Origin: an uncultured Eubacterium sp.
GTDB lineage: Bacteria; Bacillota; Clostridia; Lachnospirales; Lachnospiraceae
Length of the DNA: 64,000 nucleotides
NCBI GenBank assembly: GCA_934322085.1
Contig: CAKRGF010000010.1
Span: 4,986 to 68,985, forward strand
Direction: 5' to 3'
Below the pieces are notes generated by a model that made no database searches, was not told the DNA's origin, and saw only the letters and a program-made list of their open reading frames with translations. Below, in pieces: positions 8,762 to 16,860 of the stretch; the stretch's first letter is position 1, and the number at the start of each line of letters is the position of its first letter. Both the position numbers and the translations under genes were made by a program.

Positions 8762-9617
8762 AGAAGAAAAGACAGGAATGTTATATTTGTGTGCGACGCC
8801 GATTGGCAATCTGGAGGATGTTACACTTCGTGTTCTCCGCATTTTAAAGGAAGCCGATGTGGTGGCGGCCGAAGATACAAGACAGAGCATCAAGCTTTTG
8901 AATCATTATGAAATTAAGACACCGCTTGTCAGTTACCATGAACATAATAAATATGAAAAGACGCCAGTTTTAGTACAGCGCATGTTGAAAGGTGAGACGA
9001 TTGCACTTGTTACGGATGCCGGCACACCGGCAATTTCGGACCCTGGTGAGGATTTGGTTAGGGCGTGCTATGAAGCGGGAATTCCGGTTACATCTCTTCC
9101 GGGACCGGCAGCAGTAATTACAGCGCTGACCCTATCAGGCATGCCTGCCCGCCGGTTTACATTTGAAGGATTTCTGCCGGTGGATAAAAAGGAAAGAAAA
9201 GAAGTGTTAGACCGTCTTGCCCAAACGACCTGTACGACAATTTTTTACGAAGCACCGCATCGTCTGAAAAAAACACTTGCACTGTTTTGTGAACTTTTGG
9301 GCGAAAACAACCGGATTGCCATCTGCAAAGAACTGACAAAAAAACATGAGACGGCACTTCATTTTACTTTAGGTGAGGCTGTGGCGTATTATGAAGCGAA
9401 TGAGCCAAAAGGTGAGTTTGTGCTTGTACTGGAAGGGAAAAATGCGGAAGATATGAACCGCGCCAAACAGGAGAAGTGGCAGGAAATGCCGCTCTCCAAA
9501 CATATGAAAATCTATGAAGATAAAGGACTTAGCCGCAAGGAAGCCATGAAGGCAGTGGCGAAAGACCGGGGCGTATCCAAACGGGAGATATATGCGAAAT
9601 TATTGGAAGATGAGTAG
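8754..9617 (+). CDS. rsmI: 16S rRNA (cytidine1402-2'-O)-methyltransferase
   Basis: 287 aa; N-terminal LYLCATPIGNLEDVTLR and TDAGTPAISDPG motifs of RsmI/YabC. Confidence 0.9.
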   Translation: MIREEKTGMLYLCATPIGNLEDVTLRVLRILKEADVVAAEDTRQSIKLLNHYEIKTPLVSYHEHNKYEKTPVLVQRMLKGETIALVTDAGTPAISDPGEDLVRACYEAGIPVTSLPGPAAVITALTLSGMPARRFTFEGFLPVDKKERKEVLDRLAQTTCTTIFYEAPHRLKKTLALFCELLGENNRIAICKELTKKHETALHFTLGEAVAYYEANEPKGEFVLVLEGKNAEDMNRAKQEKWQEMPLSKHMKIYEDKGLSRKEAMKAVAKDRGVSKREIYAKLLEDE

Positions 9618-9665
9618 AGGGCGAAATTTATTGGGGGGAGTTTATTGGCGGAAAGTTGGTCATAA

Positions 9666-9913
9666 GTTGACCGGATTTTGAAAAATCGCAAATACGGTCA
9701 ACCATTTTATAGACATAAGGTGACTGAAAACCCATTTTGTGTTAAATAGGTCAACCAAATAGTCTTAAACGAATGACTGTATTTGCAATTATGTGAGTTA
9801 AGGTCAACAAATACATTTCAAAAGTTGACTCAATTTAGAAAAAAACAGATATAAGTCAACGAAAGAGTAAAAATTGGTTGACCGCAGGAGAAGTTTTTCT
9901 AAATCAAGTCAAC
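9666..9913. repeat. phased array of five GTTGAC-N25-GTCAAC units (copy A)
   Basis: Half-sites lie at 9666, 9697, 9719 (GGTGAC), 9750, 9772 (AATGAC), 9803, 9824, 9855, 9877 and 9908. Spacing alternates 31/22 bp. The array is homologous to 12368-12615. Confidence 0.85.
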
Positions 9914-9981
9914 ATGATGGTTATTATGTAAGAAATCTATTTTCCCATTACCACTTTAATTCTTCTAACAAGGCTTATTAA

Positions 9982-10256
9982 CTAAAATTTCATCTTCTTC
10001 TGAAACAAGTCTGCAATAATCTGAGCCGTCTCGCTCATCTCCAAATCATCGGATTTGATACACAAGTCATAATTATTTGCATTGCCCCAGTCAGTTTTAG
10101 TAAAATGTCTGCAGTGAATTACTCCGTCATGGTGGAGCAGATAATCCGGTATTTTGGGCTGGCTGGGTGTTAATCCGGTATCTTTGACACTTGATACAAG
10201 AGCTTTTTAAACCATCAGGTGATCGGACATCAAAAGGTAGTGAAGTGTTTTTTCAT
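9982..10256 (-). pseudogene. decayed remnant of a cytidylate-kinase-like family (AAA) gene
   Basis: The minus strand opens with MKKHFTTF* and then shifts frame. The terminal frame reads ...FTKTDWGNANNYDLCIKSDDLEMSETAQIIADLFQKKMKF*, like the C-terminus of cytidylate kinase-like family proteins. No intact ORF of 60 aa or more is present. Confidence 0.4.
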
Positions 10257-10399
10257 AATAACCTCCATAATTAGAAACCTAATCGAATGTGCACCATGAG
10301 AAACAAAAAGTCAATAGGAATTATTTTGAAAACGGAAACTTTCATTGTTGCCCGGACGCAAGTGTGGTATAGTTATGCTCAAAGAGAGGTGTGAAAAAT

Positions 10400-10714
10400 A
10401 TGGCATCAAGTAAAGATTATTTACAGTTTATATTAGAACAGTTATCGGATTTAGAAGAAATTACTTACCGCGCCATGATGGGTGAATATATTCTTTATTA
10501 TCGTGGCAAAATTGTAGGTGGAATTTATGATGACAGACTACTTGTAAAATCGGTAAAATCAGCGATATCTTATATGCCGGAGGCTGCTTATGAATTGCCT
10601 TATGAGGGCGCAAAAGAAATGTTATTTGTGGACAATGTTGACGATAAAGAGTTTTTGGCAGGACTTTTTCGTGCGATGTATGATGAATTGCCGGCACCGA
10701 AAAAGAAAAAGTAG
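10400..10714 (+). CDS. TfoX N-terminal domain family protein
   Basis: About 104 aa; pattern YLQFILEQL...ITYRAMMGEYILYYRGKIVGGIYDDRLLVK resembles TfoX_N; start may be GTG 10391. Confidence 0.65.
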   Translation: MASSKDYLQFILEQLSDLEEITYRAMMGEYILYYRGKIVGGIYDDRLLVKSVKSAISYMPEAAYELPYEGAKEMLFVDNVDDKEFLAGLFRAMYDELPAPKKKK

Positions 10715-10736
10715 ATTATTTAGGAGGACTTACAAC

Positions 10737-11285
10737 ATGCTATACATTATGCGCCACGGAAAAACCGATTGGAATGCATTGCACAAACTTCAGGGAAGAA
10801 CGGACATCCCATTAAATGACGAAGGAAGATTAATGGCATCCAAAGCACACGAGGAATATAAGTCGTTGAATATCGATGTATGTTATTGTTCTCCGCTGAT
10901 TCGGGCAGTGGAGACGGCGCAGATTGTGCTGAAAAACAGGGGAATTCCAATTATAACAGATGAACGGCTGGTAGAGATGAGCTTTGGTGATTATGAGGGA
11001 ATTGAAAATAGTTTTAAAATTCCGGATTGTCCAATTAACCTTATCTTTCACAAACCGCAGGAATACATAGAATCAATTGGTGGGGCGGAAACATTTGCAG
11101 AGCTTTTTGCGAGAACAGGTTCCTTTCTGAAGGAAGTAATAGAACCTCAATTGCAGGAAGGAAAGGATGTTCTTATTGTGGGACATGGCGCGATGAATTC
11201 CAGTATTATATGTCAGGTTAAGAATAAGCCAATCGAGGAGTTTTGGAGTGCGGGGCTTGAACAGTGTAAGATTTTACAATTGTAA
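10737..11285 (+). CDS. histidine phosphatase (phosphoglycerate mutase) family protein
   Basis: Has the RHG catalytic motif (MLYIMRHGKTDWN) and a downstream VGHGA motif. ATG 10737 has a taggagga RBS. The ORF-track start at 10590 overlaps the TfoX gene. Confidence 0.85.
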   Translation: MLYIMRHGKTDWNALHKLQGRTDIPLNDEGRLMASKAHEEYKSLNIDVCYCSPLIRAVETAQIVLKNRGIPIITDERLVEMSFGDYEGIENSFKIPDCPINLIFHKPQEYIESIGGAETFAELFARTGSFLKEVIEPQLQEGKDVLIVGHGAMNSSIICQVKNKPIEEFWSAGLEQCKILQL

Positions 11286-11402
11286 ATTGAGAGGAACCGG
11301 GGAGAAGGAATTAAAAGCTGACAATGTGGTTAGTCTATGCTAACTTTGAACTGACAGAAAAGAGTGGGATTATCATTCGAATAAGATACTGGAGGAAGAG
11401 CA

Positions 11403-12332
11403 ATGAAAAAGTTATTTTTTGAAACCGAAAAAGATGGGTTTTATGGAACTTATTATGAAAATCCCAAAGGTTCAGACTGTGCGGTTATTGGATTGTTTGG
11501 AGATGACCCCAATGATTATATGGCGAAATGCGGGACAAAATGGCTTCATAAAAATGGTGTCAATGTCCTTTGTATGTCGCCGGGAAAGAAAAATTACAGC
11601 CATGTAAATTTCCCGCTCGAACGTATTGAGACGGCAATCCAGTGGCTGAAAAATAAAGGAAATCAAAAAATCGGAATTATGGGAATGAGTACAGCGGGTA
11701 TGGATGCTCTTGTTGCAGCTTCTTTCTTTTCGGATATTACGCTGACATTTGCGCTTACTCCTAGTGATTTTGTATGGCAGGGATTTGAACAGGGAGAAAA
11801 AGATGGATGCAAGGAATGGCCGGTCCCGGGAGCGTCCACTCTTTCATGGAAGGGAGAGCCCCTTGCTTATATGCCATTTGTATATAAGCATCCGGTATAC
11901 TGGCAGAAAATTCAGGAAGAAACAAAAGGTTCCGGTGATATTGAACGCAGCACCTGCCTGTTTATTGATTCTGAAAATGCAAGAGAACATACCGAAGAGG
12001 AAATGATTCCGGTTGAGAATATAAAGGGAAGACTGTTTCTTGTAGGAGCCGAGGATGATTCCTTCTGGGAAACAGGAAAATACATCCGCCGTATGGATGA
12101 GCGGTTAAAAGAGCGCCCGCATACCTGTGAGTATGTGCCACTCGTGTATGAACACGGAACTCACTTTGTACTGCCGGAATCCCTGCTTCGCAAGGCTTTG
12201 CCGGTGGGACTTAAATTTGTGATGCGATTTATTTTCAAAGCGGCAAAAGAATATCCAAATGAGTGTGAAAAAACGCGAAAAGATATTGACAGAAGACTTT
12301 CTTCTGCCCTAAAAGAGTGGCGGGAAGAGTAG
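11403..12332 (+). CDS. alpha/beta hydrolase, BAAT/acyl-CoA thioester hydrolase C-terminal-like
   Basis: 309 aa; nucleophile-elbow-like GMSTAG, overall resemblance to BAAT_C hydrolases. Confidence 0.5.
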   Translation: MKKLFFETEKDGFYGTYYENPKGSDCAVIGLFGDDPNDYMAKCGTKWLHKNGVNVLCMSPGKKNYSHVNFPLERIETAIQWLKNKGNQKIGIMGMSTAGMDALVAASFFSDITLTFALTPSDFVWQGFEQGEKDGCKEWPVPGASTLSWKGEPLAYMPFVYKHPVYWQKIQEETKGSGDIERSTCLFIDSENAREHTEEEMIPVENIKGRLFLVGAEDDSFWETGKYIRRMDERLKERPHTCEYVPLVYEHGTHFVLPESLLRKALPVGLKFVMRFIFKAAKEYPNECEKTRKDIDRRLSSALKEWREE

Positions 12333-12367
12333 ATTATGAAACTTTTGCAAGGAGATATTTGCAGTTA

Positions 12368-12615
12368 GTTGACCTGATTTGGGAAAATAGTAAATTCAGT
12401 CAACCACTTTATAGATAAAAGTTGACTTAAAAATTGCTTTTTGCCAAATAGGTCATCAAAAGTGACTAAAGTAAATGACTGTATTTAAGATAATGCAAAT
12501 TTAGATCAACAAATATATTGTAAAAGTTGACTTAATTAGAGAAAAAGTAGAAAAAAGTCAAATAGAAGCCGGATTTTGGTTGACCGTTGTTGTGATTTTA
12601 ATAAAACAGGTCAAC
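12368..12615. repeat. phased array of five GTTGAC-N25-GTCAAC units (copy B)
   Basis: Half-sites lie at 12368, 12399, 12421, 12452, 12474, 12505, 12526, 12557, 12579 and 12610. Each is exactly 2702 bp from its counterpart in copy A. Confidence 0.85.
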
Positions 12616-12673
12616 ACAGTGTTTCCGTTTCTTTTTTTATCATACGACGGTGCAGCCAAATTACATAATACAT

Positions 12674-12709
12674 AAAAAAAGACGCCCGAAGTCTGGGAAA
12701 ACTTCGGGC
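12674..12709 (-). terminator. rho-independent terminator of abrB-like gene
   Basis: gcccgaagt-loop-acttcgggc stem; on the minus strand it is followed by UUUUUUU. Confidence 0.75.
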
Positions 12710-12730
12710 AAACACTAAAGGGATATATGA

Positions 12731-12991
12731 TTAAATTAAACCAGCAAGCTTTGATAATTCACGGATTGATTCTTTGGAAACTAATTTTCCTTTGTACTCA
12801 ATCAAATCCTCTTCAGAACCAGTAAAAATATCCTGTTTCTGTCTTTCACATTTTCTTAAAATAATTTTGTCATCTTCAGTATATATTTCCAATAATTCGC
12901 GGTCTTTAAATCCTAAAGACTTACGAAGTTCTTTTGGCAGAGTAATACGTCCGACTGCATCTAACTGTCTTGCAATACCTGTTTCTGTCAT
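12731..12991 (-). CDS. abrB: AbrB/SpoVT-family transition-state regulator
   Basis: Swapped-hairpin motif GIARQLDAVGRITLPKELRKSLG. ATG 12991 is preceded by an aaaggag RBS. The gene is convergent with rsmI, as in B. subtilis. Confidence 0.85.
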   Translation of the reverse strand: MTETGIARQLDAVGRITLPKELRKSLGFKDRELLEIYTEDDKIILRKCERQKQDIFTGSEEDLIEYKGKLVSKESIRELSKLAGLI

Positions 12992-13029
12992 AGGTTTACT
13001 CCTTTGAAAAACTTTTTTTAACGTAGTCA

Positions 13030-13069
13030 ACTATAGTACGTTTTTGACATTTTGTCAAGTGATTCGACG
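13030..13069 (-). promoter_or_regulatory. candidate sigma-A promoter of abrB with Spo0A-box-like elements
   Basis: The minus strand reads cGTCGAAtcacTTGACA-17 nt-TATAGT. The spacer contains TGTCAAA, one mismatch from the 0A box TGNCGAA. Confidence 0.45.
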
Positions 13070-13214
13070 ATTAAAAGAGTATAAAAAAATAATGAAAAAG
13101 AATAGACCTTTTTTATGACACACGGATGCATATAATAATAAGAAAAGGATGCTTTATTTTTTGTCCTAAAAGTGATAAAATGAAAATGATTAATTTGTGA
13201 AAGGAGTGTGTTTC

Positions 13215-14120
13215 ATGAAAAAGAGGAAAAAGGGATTATGGATTCTTGGTTTTATGTGTGCGATGATATGCGGTATCGTGTTGTCGAACAGTAAAAGTCA
13301 GGCAAAGACAATCATTTATCCAACCGTAGCAAGCGGGAAACTGGTCAAGGAAAGTAATCATTGTGTGATTGATTATTCCAATACAGCAGACGGATATGTG
13401 ATGGCTAAGTTTAAAAAAGCACTGGGCCCTACGTTAAAATGCGTTGTTACAACAGGGGGACAGGCGTTGAATGATGGTTACAAATATACACTTTCTGTAA
13501 ATAAATATCAGGTTATTCCGTTAACTGAGGGAAATACAACTTATACGATTTACCTTCTTTATGAAGTTGGTGGACGCTATGCCATGGAGATGACCCTGAA
13601 AGTAAATGTTAAGATGACGGACCAGTTTGGACCGTATCTGCGGCCGAATCAGTTTGTGAATTATACCAAAAGCACGAAAGTTGTAAAAAAAGCAGCCTCG
13701 ATTACAAAAAGTTGTAAAAACGATTTGGCAAAGGTAAAAAAGGTATACAACTATGTTATTAAAAATTATAAATATGACAAAAAACTTGCCAAGACAGTAA
13801 AGCCTGGTTATGTGCCGAATTTGAATAAGATTTACAAGAAGAAAAAAGGAATCTGTTTTGATTATGCGGCAGTAATGACTGCGATGCTGCGAAGTCAGGG
13901 AGTTCCGACAAAACTAATTGTAGGTTATACCGGGAATGCGTATCATGCATGGATAAACGTGTATTCCAAGAAAAAAGGACGCATTTCCAAAATGATTTAT
14001 TTTAATGGTAAGAAATGGAAACTGATGGACCCTACATTTGCTTCAACCAGTAAATCAAGTAAGTCCATTATGAAATACATAGGAAATGGTAGAAATTACA
14101 AAGAAAAATTGAGTTACTAA
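13215..14120 (+). CDS. secreted transglutaminase-like (cysteine protease fold) protein
   Basis: Has a signal peptide and the transglutaminase-core motif GICFDYAAVMTAMLRSQGVPTKLIVGY...AYHAWINVY. ATG 13215 follows an aaaggag RBS. Confidence 0.75.
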   Translation: MKKRKKGLWILGFMCAMICGIVLSNSKSQAKTIIYPTVASGKLVKESNHCVIDYSNTADGYVMAKFKKALGPTLKCVVTTGGQALNDGYKYTLSVNKYQVIPLTEGNTTYTIYLLYEVGGRYAMEMTLKVNVKMTDQFGPYLRPNQFVNYTKSTKVVKKAASITKSCKNDLAKVKKVYNYVIKNYKYDKKLAKTVKPGYVPNLNKIYKKKKGICFDYAAVMTAMLRSQGVPTKLIVGYTGNAYHAWINVYSKKKGRISKMIYFNGKKWKLMDPTFASTSKSSKSIMKYIGNGRNYKEKLSY

Positions 14121-14135
14121 TCAGGGGAGTGTGTC

Positions 14136-15182
14136 ATGAGTAAGCAAACAGTAAGTAATGAGTATGTTTCTGCTTTTTGTCTGGAAATGTCGCTTTTACT
14201 GCATGCCGGCATTGGAATCGAAGACGGATTGTATCTTTTGATTGAGGACGAAAAGGACAAAAAAAGCAAAAAAATGCTAGAGCAGCTAGCGGATTTGGTG
14301 ACGGATGGAAGACCATTTTCCGAAGCGGTACGAGAGGCTGGTACGTTTCCGAAGTATGTTGGCGATATGATTGAAACTGGTGAGGAGACAGGGCGATTAG
14401 AGCAGTCCTTTCAGGCACTGGCAGATTATTACGACAGGCAGCAGCAATTGATGTCGCAGGTTCGCAGTGCTCTTCTGTATCCGTTCATATTGATGATTTT
14501 GATGTTAGTAATTTTAGTTGTGCTGCTTGTTAAGGTACTTCCGATTTTCAATCAGGTCTATGAGCAGCTTGGCGGTACGATGGGCGGCACGGCGAAACTT
14601 TTACTGCGGTTTGGTGACTGGCTTGGAAGTATCATGCCGGTATTGTGCGGTATCATTTTTGCCATTGTTTTGGTGGCAGCAGTGATTGCTTGCAGCAAGA
14701 GGGCAAGAGGCTTTTTCGTGAAGTTGTATAAAAAAGTTTTTGGCGGACACGGAATTGTGCGCCGGATGGGTGAAGCAAGATTTGCGTCAGCGATGGCGAT
14801 GGGAATGATGAGTGGATTAAATACCGAAGATGCATTCCGTACGGCGATGCTTTTTCAGGATGTAAATCAAAAGACGAAGAAGCGTTATGAGAAATGTCTT
14901 GAGATGCTGGAAGTGGGCGAACCGATGGCGAAGTCCTTCCGTGAAAATGAAGTGTTGGAAGCGTCATTTTGCCGGATATTAGATTTGGGTGCCAAAAGTG
15001 GTACATCCGATACGGCGATGGCAGAAATTTCACGGCGTATGGACGACAGAGTGCAGTTGGAAATTGCACGAAAAGTTGGTAGGATTGAGCCTACGATTGT
15101 CATTATTACCTCCATTCTCGTAGGCATTGTTTTGATAACCGTAATGCTGCCGTTGATTCATATCATGTCTTCAATTGGATAG
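14136..15182 (+). CDS. type II secretion system F (GspF/PilC/ComGB) family platform protein
   Basis: 348 aa; two T2SSF-like cytoplasmic repeats separated by TM helices. Confidence 0.8.
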   Translation: MSKQTVSNEYVSAFCLEMSLLLHAGIGIEDGLYLLIEDEKDKKSKKMLEQLADLVTDGRPFSEAVREAGTFPKYVGDMIETGEETGRLEQSFQALADYYDRQQQLMSQVRSALLYPFILMILMLVILVVLLVKVLPIFNQVYEQLGGTMGGTAKLLLRFGDWLGSIMPVLCGIIFAIVLVAAVIACSKRARGFFVKLYKKVFGGHGIVRRMGEARFASAMAMGMMSGLNTEDAFRTAMLFQDVNQKTKKRYEKCLEMLEVGEPMAKSFRENEVLEASFCRILDLGAKSGTSDTAMAEISRRMDDRVQLEIARKVGRIEPTIVIITSILVGIVLITVMLPLIHIMSSIG

Positions 15183-15187
15183 GATGG

Positions 15188-15520
15188 ATGAAAATGAAGA
15201 AACAGAGAAGTTTTCTAATCATAAAAATTGTATTACTGATAGCGGTGATTGGCGGTCTGCTTTATGCGATGAATGCTGGGGCGGCAAAATTGAATCAGGG
15301 GCAGGAGGCAGAGAGCATGAAACAGCTTGAAAACTCCATTCGCAAGGCAACGATGACCTGCTATGCGACAGAAGGCGTATATCCGCCTACCCTTGAATAT
15401 TTAAAGAAAAATTATGGAATCCAGATTGATGAAAGCCGTTTTACCGTCTTTTATGAAGTATTTGCCAAAAATTTGATGCCGGAAATTACAGTAATGGAAA
15501 ATCAGGAGCGGGTCGATTAG
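15188..15520 (+). CDS. small N-terminally anchored protein, possible non-canonical pilin-like subunit
   Basis: 110 aa; basic N-terminus then KKQRS-FLIIKIVLLIAVIGG hydrophobic helix; operon position between platform and ATPase. Confidence 0.45.
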   Translation: MKMKKQRSFLIIKIVLLIAVIGGLLYAMNAGAAKLNQGQEAESMKQLENSIRKATMTCYATEGVYPPTLEYLKKNYGIQIDESRFTVFYEVFAKNLMPEITVMENQERVD

Positions 15521-15522
15521 CA

Positions 15523-16035
15523 ATGAAGAGAAGCAGCCAGAAACATAGTATTGAAAATGTATTTGTTCTTGTGTTGTTTGCCATTTTCGCCATGACCGTA
15601 GTGGCAGTTTTAGCACTGGGAGCAAATCAGTATAAAAGCTTGGTTGAGCGTGATAATAATGCGTACAATAAAAGAATTATCACGTCTTATGTGTCTGCCC
15701 AGATTCGCGGTTACGACAGGACGGATGCTGTGGAAGTAGGCGGATTTGCTTCGCCAGGTGCGCAAGATGAGGTAAATACGCTGCATCTTTTGGAGAAAAT
15801 CGATGGCATCCGGTATGATTTGAAAATTTATTATTATCAGGGTAAGGTGTATGAGTTGTTTGCCGCCGAGGATGCTGAAATGAAACCAGAGGATGGTGTG
15901 GCGATTATGGATGCGAAAGATTTGCATTTTGAAAAGAAAGGAAGTCTCATACGAATTACATCAAAAGATAGTGAAGGCCGACAGAATGAGGCAACCGTTT
16001 CTCTGCGAAGTGAGGAAAGCGGGGTGGCATCGTGA
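15523..16035 (+). CDS. small N-terminally anchored protein (DUF4860-like), possible minor pilin-like subunit
   Basis: 170 aa; QKHS-IENVFVLVLFAIFAMTVV helix; 2-nt gap to upstream gene. Confidence 0.45.
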   Translation: MKRSSQKHSIENVFVLVLFAIFAMTVVAVLALGANQYKSLVERDNNAYNKRIITSYVSAQIRGYDRTDAVEVGGFASPGAQDEVNTLHLLEKIDGIRYDLKIYYYQGKVYELFAAEDAEMKPEDGVAIMDAKDLHFEKKGSLIRITSKDSEGRQNEATVSLRSEESGVAS

Positions 16036-16433
16036 ATTATGAAAGAAGCAAAGCTCCATTAGCGTTGATGGAGCAGATTATTATGATTTTAGTGTTTGCG
16101 CTGGCGGCAGCAGTGTGTTTGCAGGCATTTGCCTATGCAAACGGGTTGTCTAGACGCGGTGAAAAAGAAAATATTGCGGCAGCCCATGCGCAGGAAGTAA
16201 TAGAGATGTGCAAAGCGTGTGCCGGCGACTGGCAGAAAGTAGTATGGGAAATGCCCGGTCAGATTGAGGGAGATACTTTGAAAATTCCTTTTGAGCAGGA
16301 CCACATGACGGTTCAAATAACAAAGACGGATGCAAATGAGTATTTAATAAATGCAAAAGTTATTGTTTTTGATGAAGATAAGAAAGAGATTTATCATATT
16401 GCGGCAGCGTGGCAGAGAGGGGGCACATCATGA
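16032..16433 (+). CDS. small N-terminally anchored protein with prepilin-like LALME motif
   Basis: 133 aa; SKAP-LALMEQIIMILVFALAAAV resembles a class III signal (Glu at +5); 4-nt overlap with neighbours. Confidence 0.45.
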   Translation: MNYERSKAPLALMEQIIMILVFALAAAVCLQAFAYANGLSRRGEKENIAAAHAQEVIEMCKACAGDWQKVVWEMPGQIEGDTLKIPFEQDHMTVQITKTDANEYLINAKVIVFDEDKKEIYHIAAAWQRGGTS

Positions 16434-16843
16434 AAAAACGAAAGCTCTCATTCACAAGTGTAGGCGGCAGTTCAATTCTGACGATTTTTGCCGTATTATG
16501 TTTTCTAGTTTTTGCTCTTTTGTCGCTGTCGACGGCAAAAGCTAACTATAACCTGTCAGAAAAATCAGTAAAAGCAGTAAGTAATTACTATACAGCAGAT
16601 ACGAAAGCAGAAGAGATATATTCACAGATTCGGGCAGGAAATATGCCGGATGGTGTGAAAAAAAAAGAAAGTTCTTATACTTACACGTGTGCGATTGATG
16701 ATAAGCAAAAACTGTTTGTTGAAATCAAAAAACAAAAAGGGAAATTTCATGTAGTAAAGTGGGAGAAGCAGTATACCGGTGAGTGGAAACCGGATGATAC
16801 CATCAATGTTTGGGATGGAATGGAACAAATGCTTCCAGACTAA
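16430..16843 (+). CDS. small N-terminally anchored protein, possible pilin-like subunit
   Basis: 137 aa from ATG 16430 (ATGA overlap with upstream stop); KRKLS-FTSVGGSSILTIFAVLCFLVFALL. Confidence 0.4.
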   Translation: MKKRKLSFTSVGGSSILTIFAVLCFLVFALLSLSTAKANYNLSEKSVKAVSNYYTADTKAEEIYSQIRAGNMPDGVKKKESSYTYTCAIDDKQKLFVEIKKQKGKFHVVKWEKQYTGEWKPDDTINVWDGMEQMLPD

Positions 16844-16860
16844 AGAAAGAGAGAAAAGAT

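Noticed and set aside
9666-9913. CRISPR array or integron attC interpretation of the GTTGAC arrays
   Set aside because: The conserved element is only a 6-bp half-site, and the intervening 25/16-nt segments are homologous between the two copies, so they are not spacers. No cas genes are present. GTTGACY does not fit the attC core GTTRRRY, and no IntI-type integrase is present.
10590-10736. Upstream extension of the histidine phosphatase ORF
   Set aside because: It overlaps the TfoX-like gene in another frame. A taggagga RBS and the MLYIMRHG start at 10737 fit the family N-terminus.
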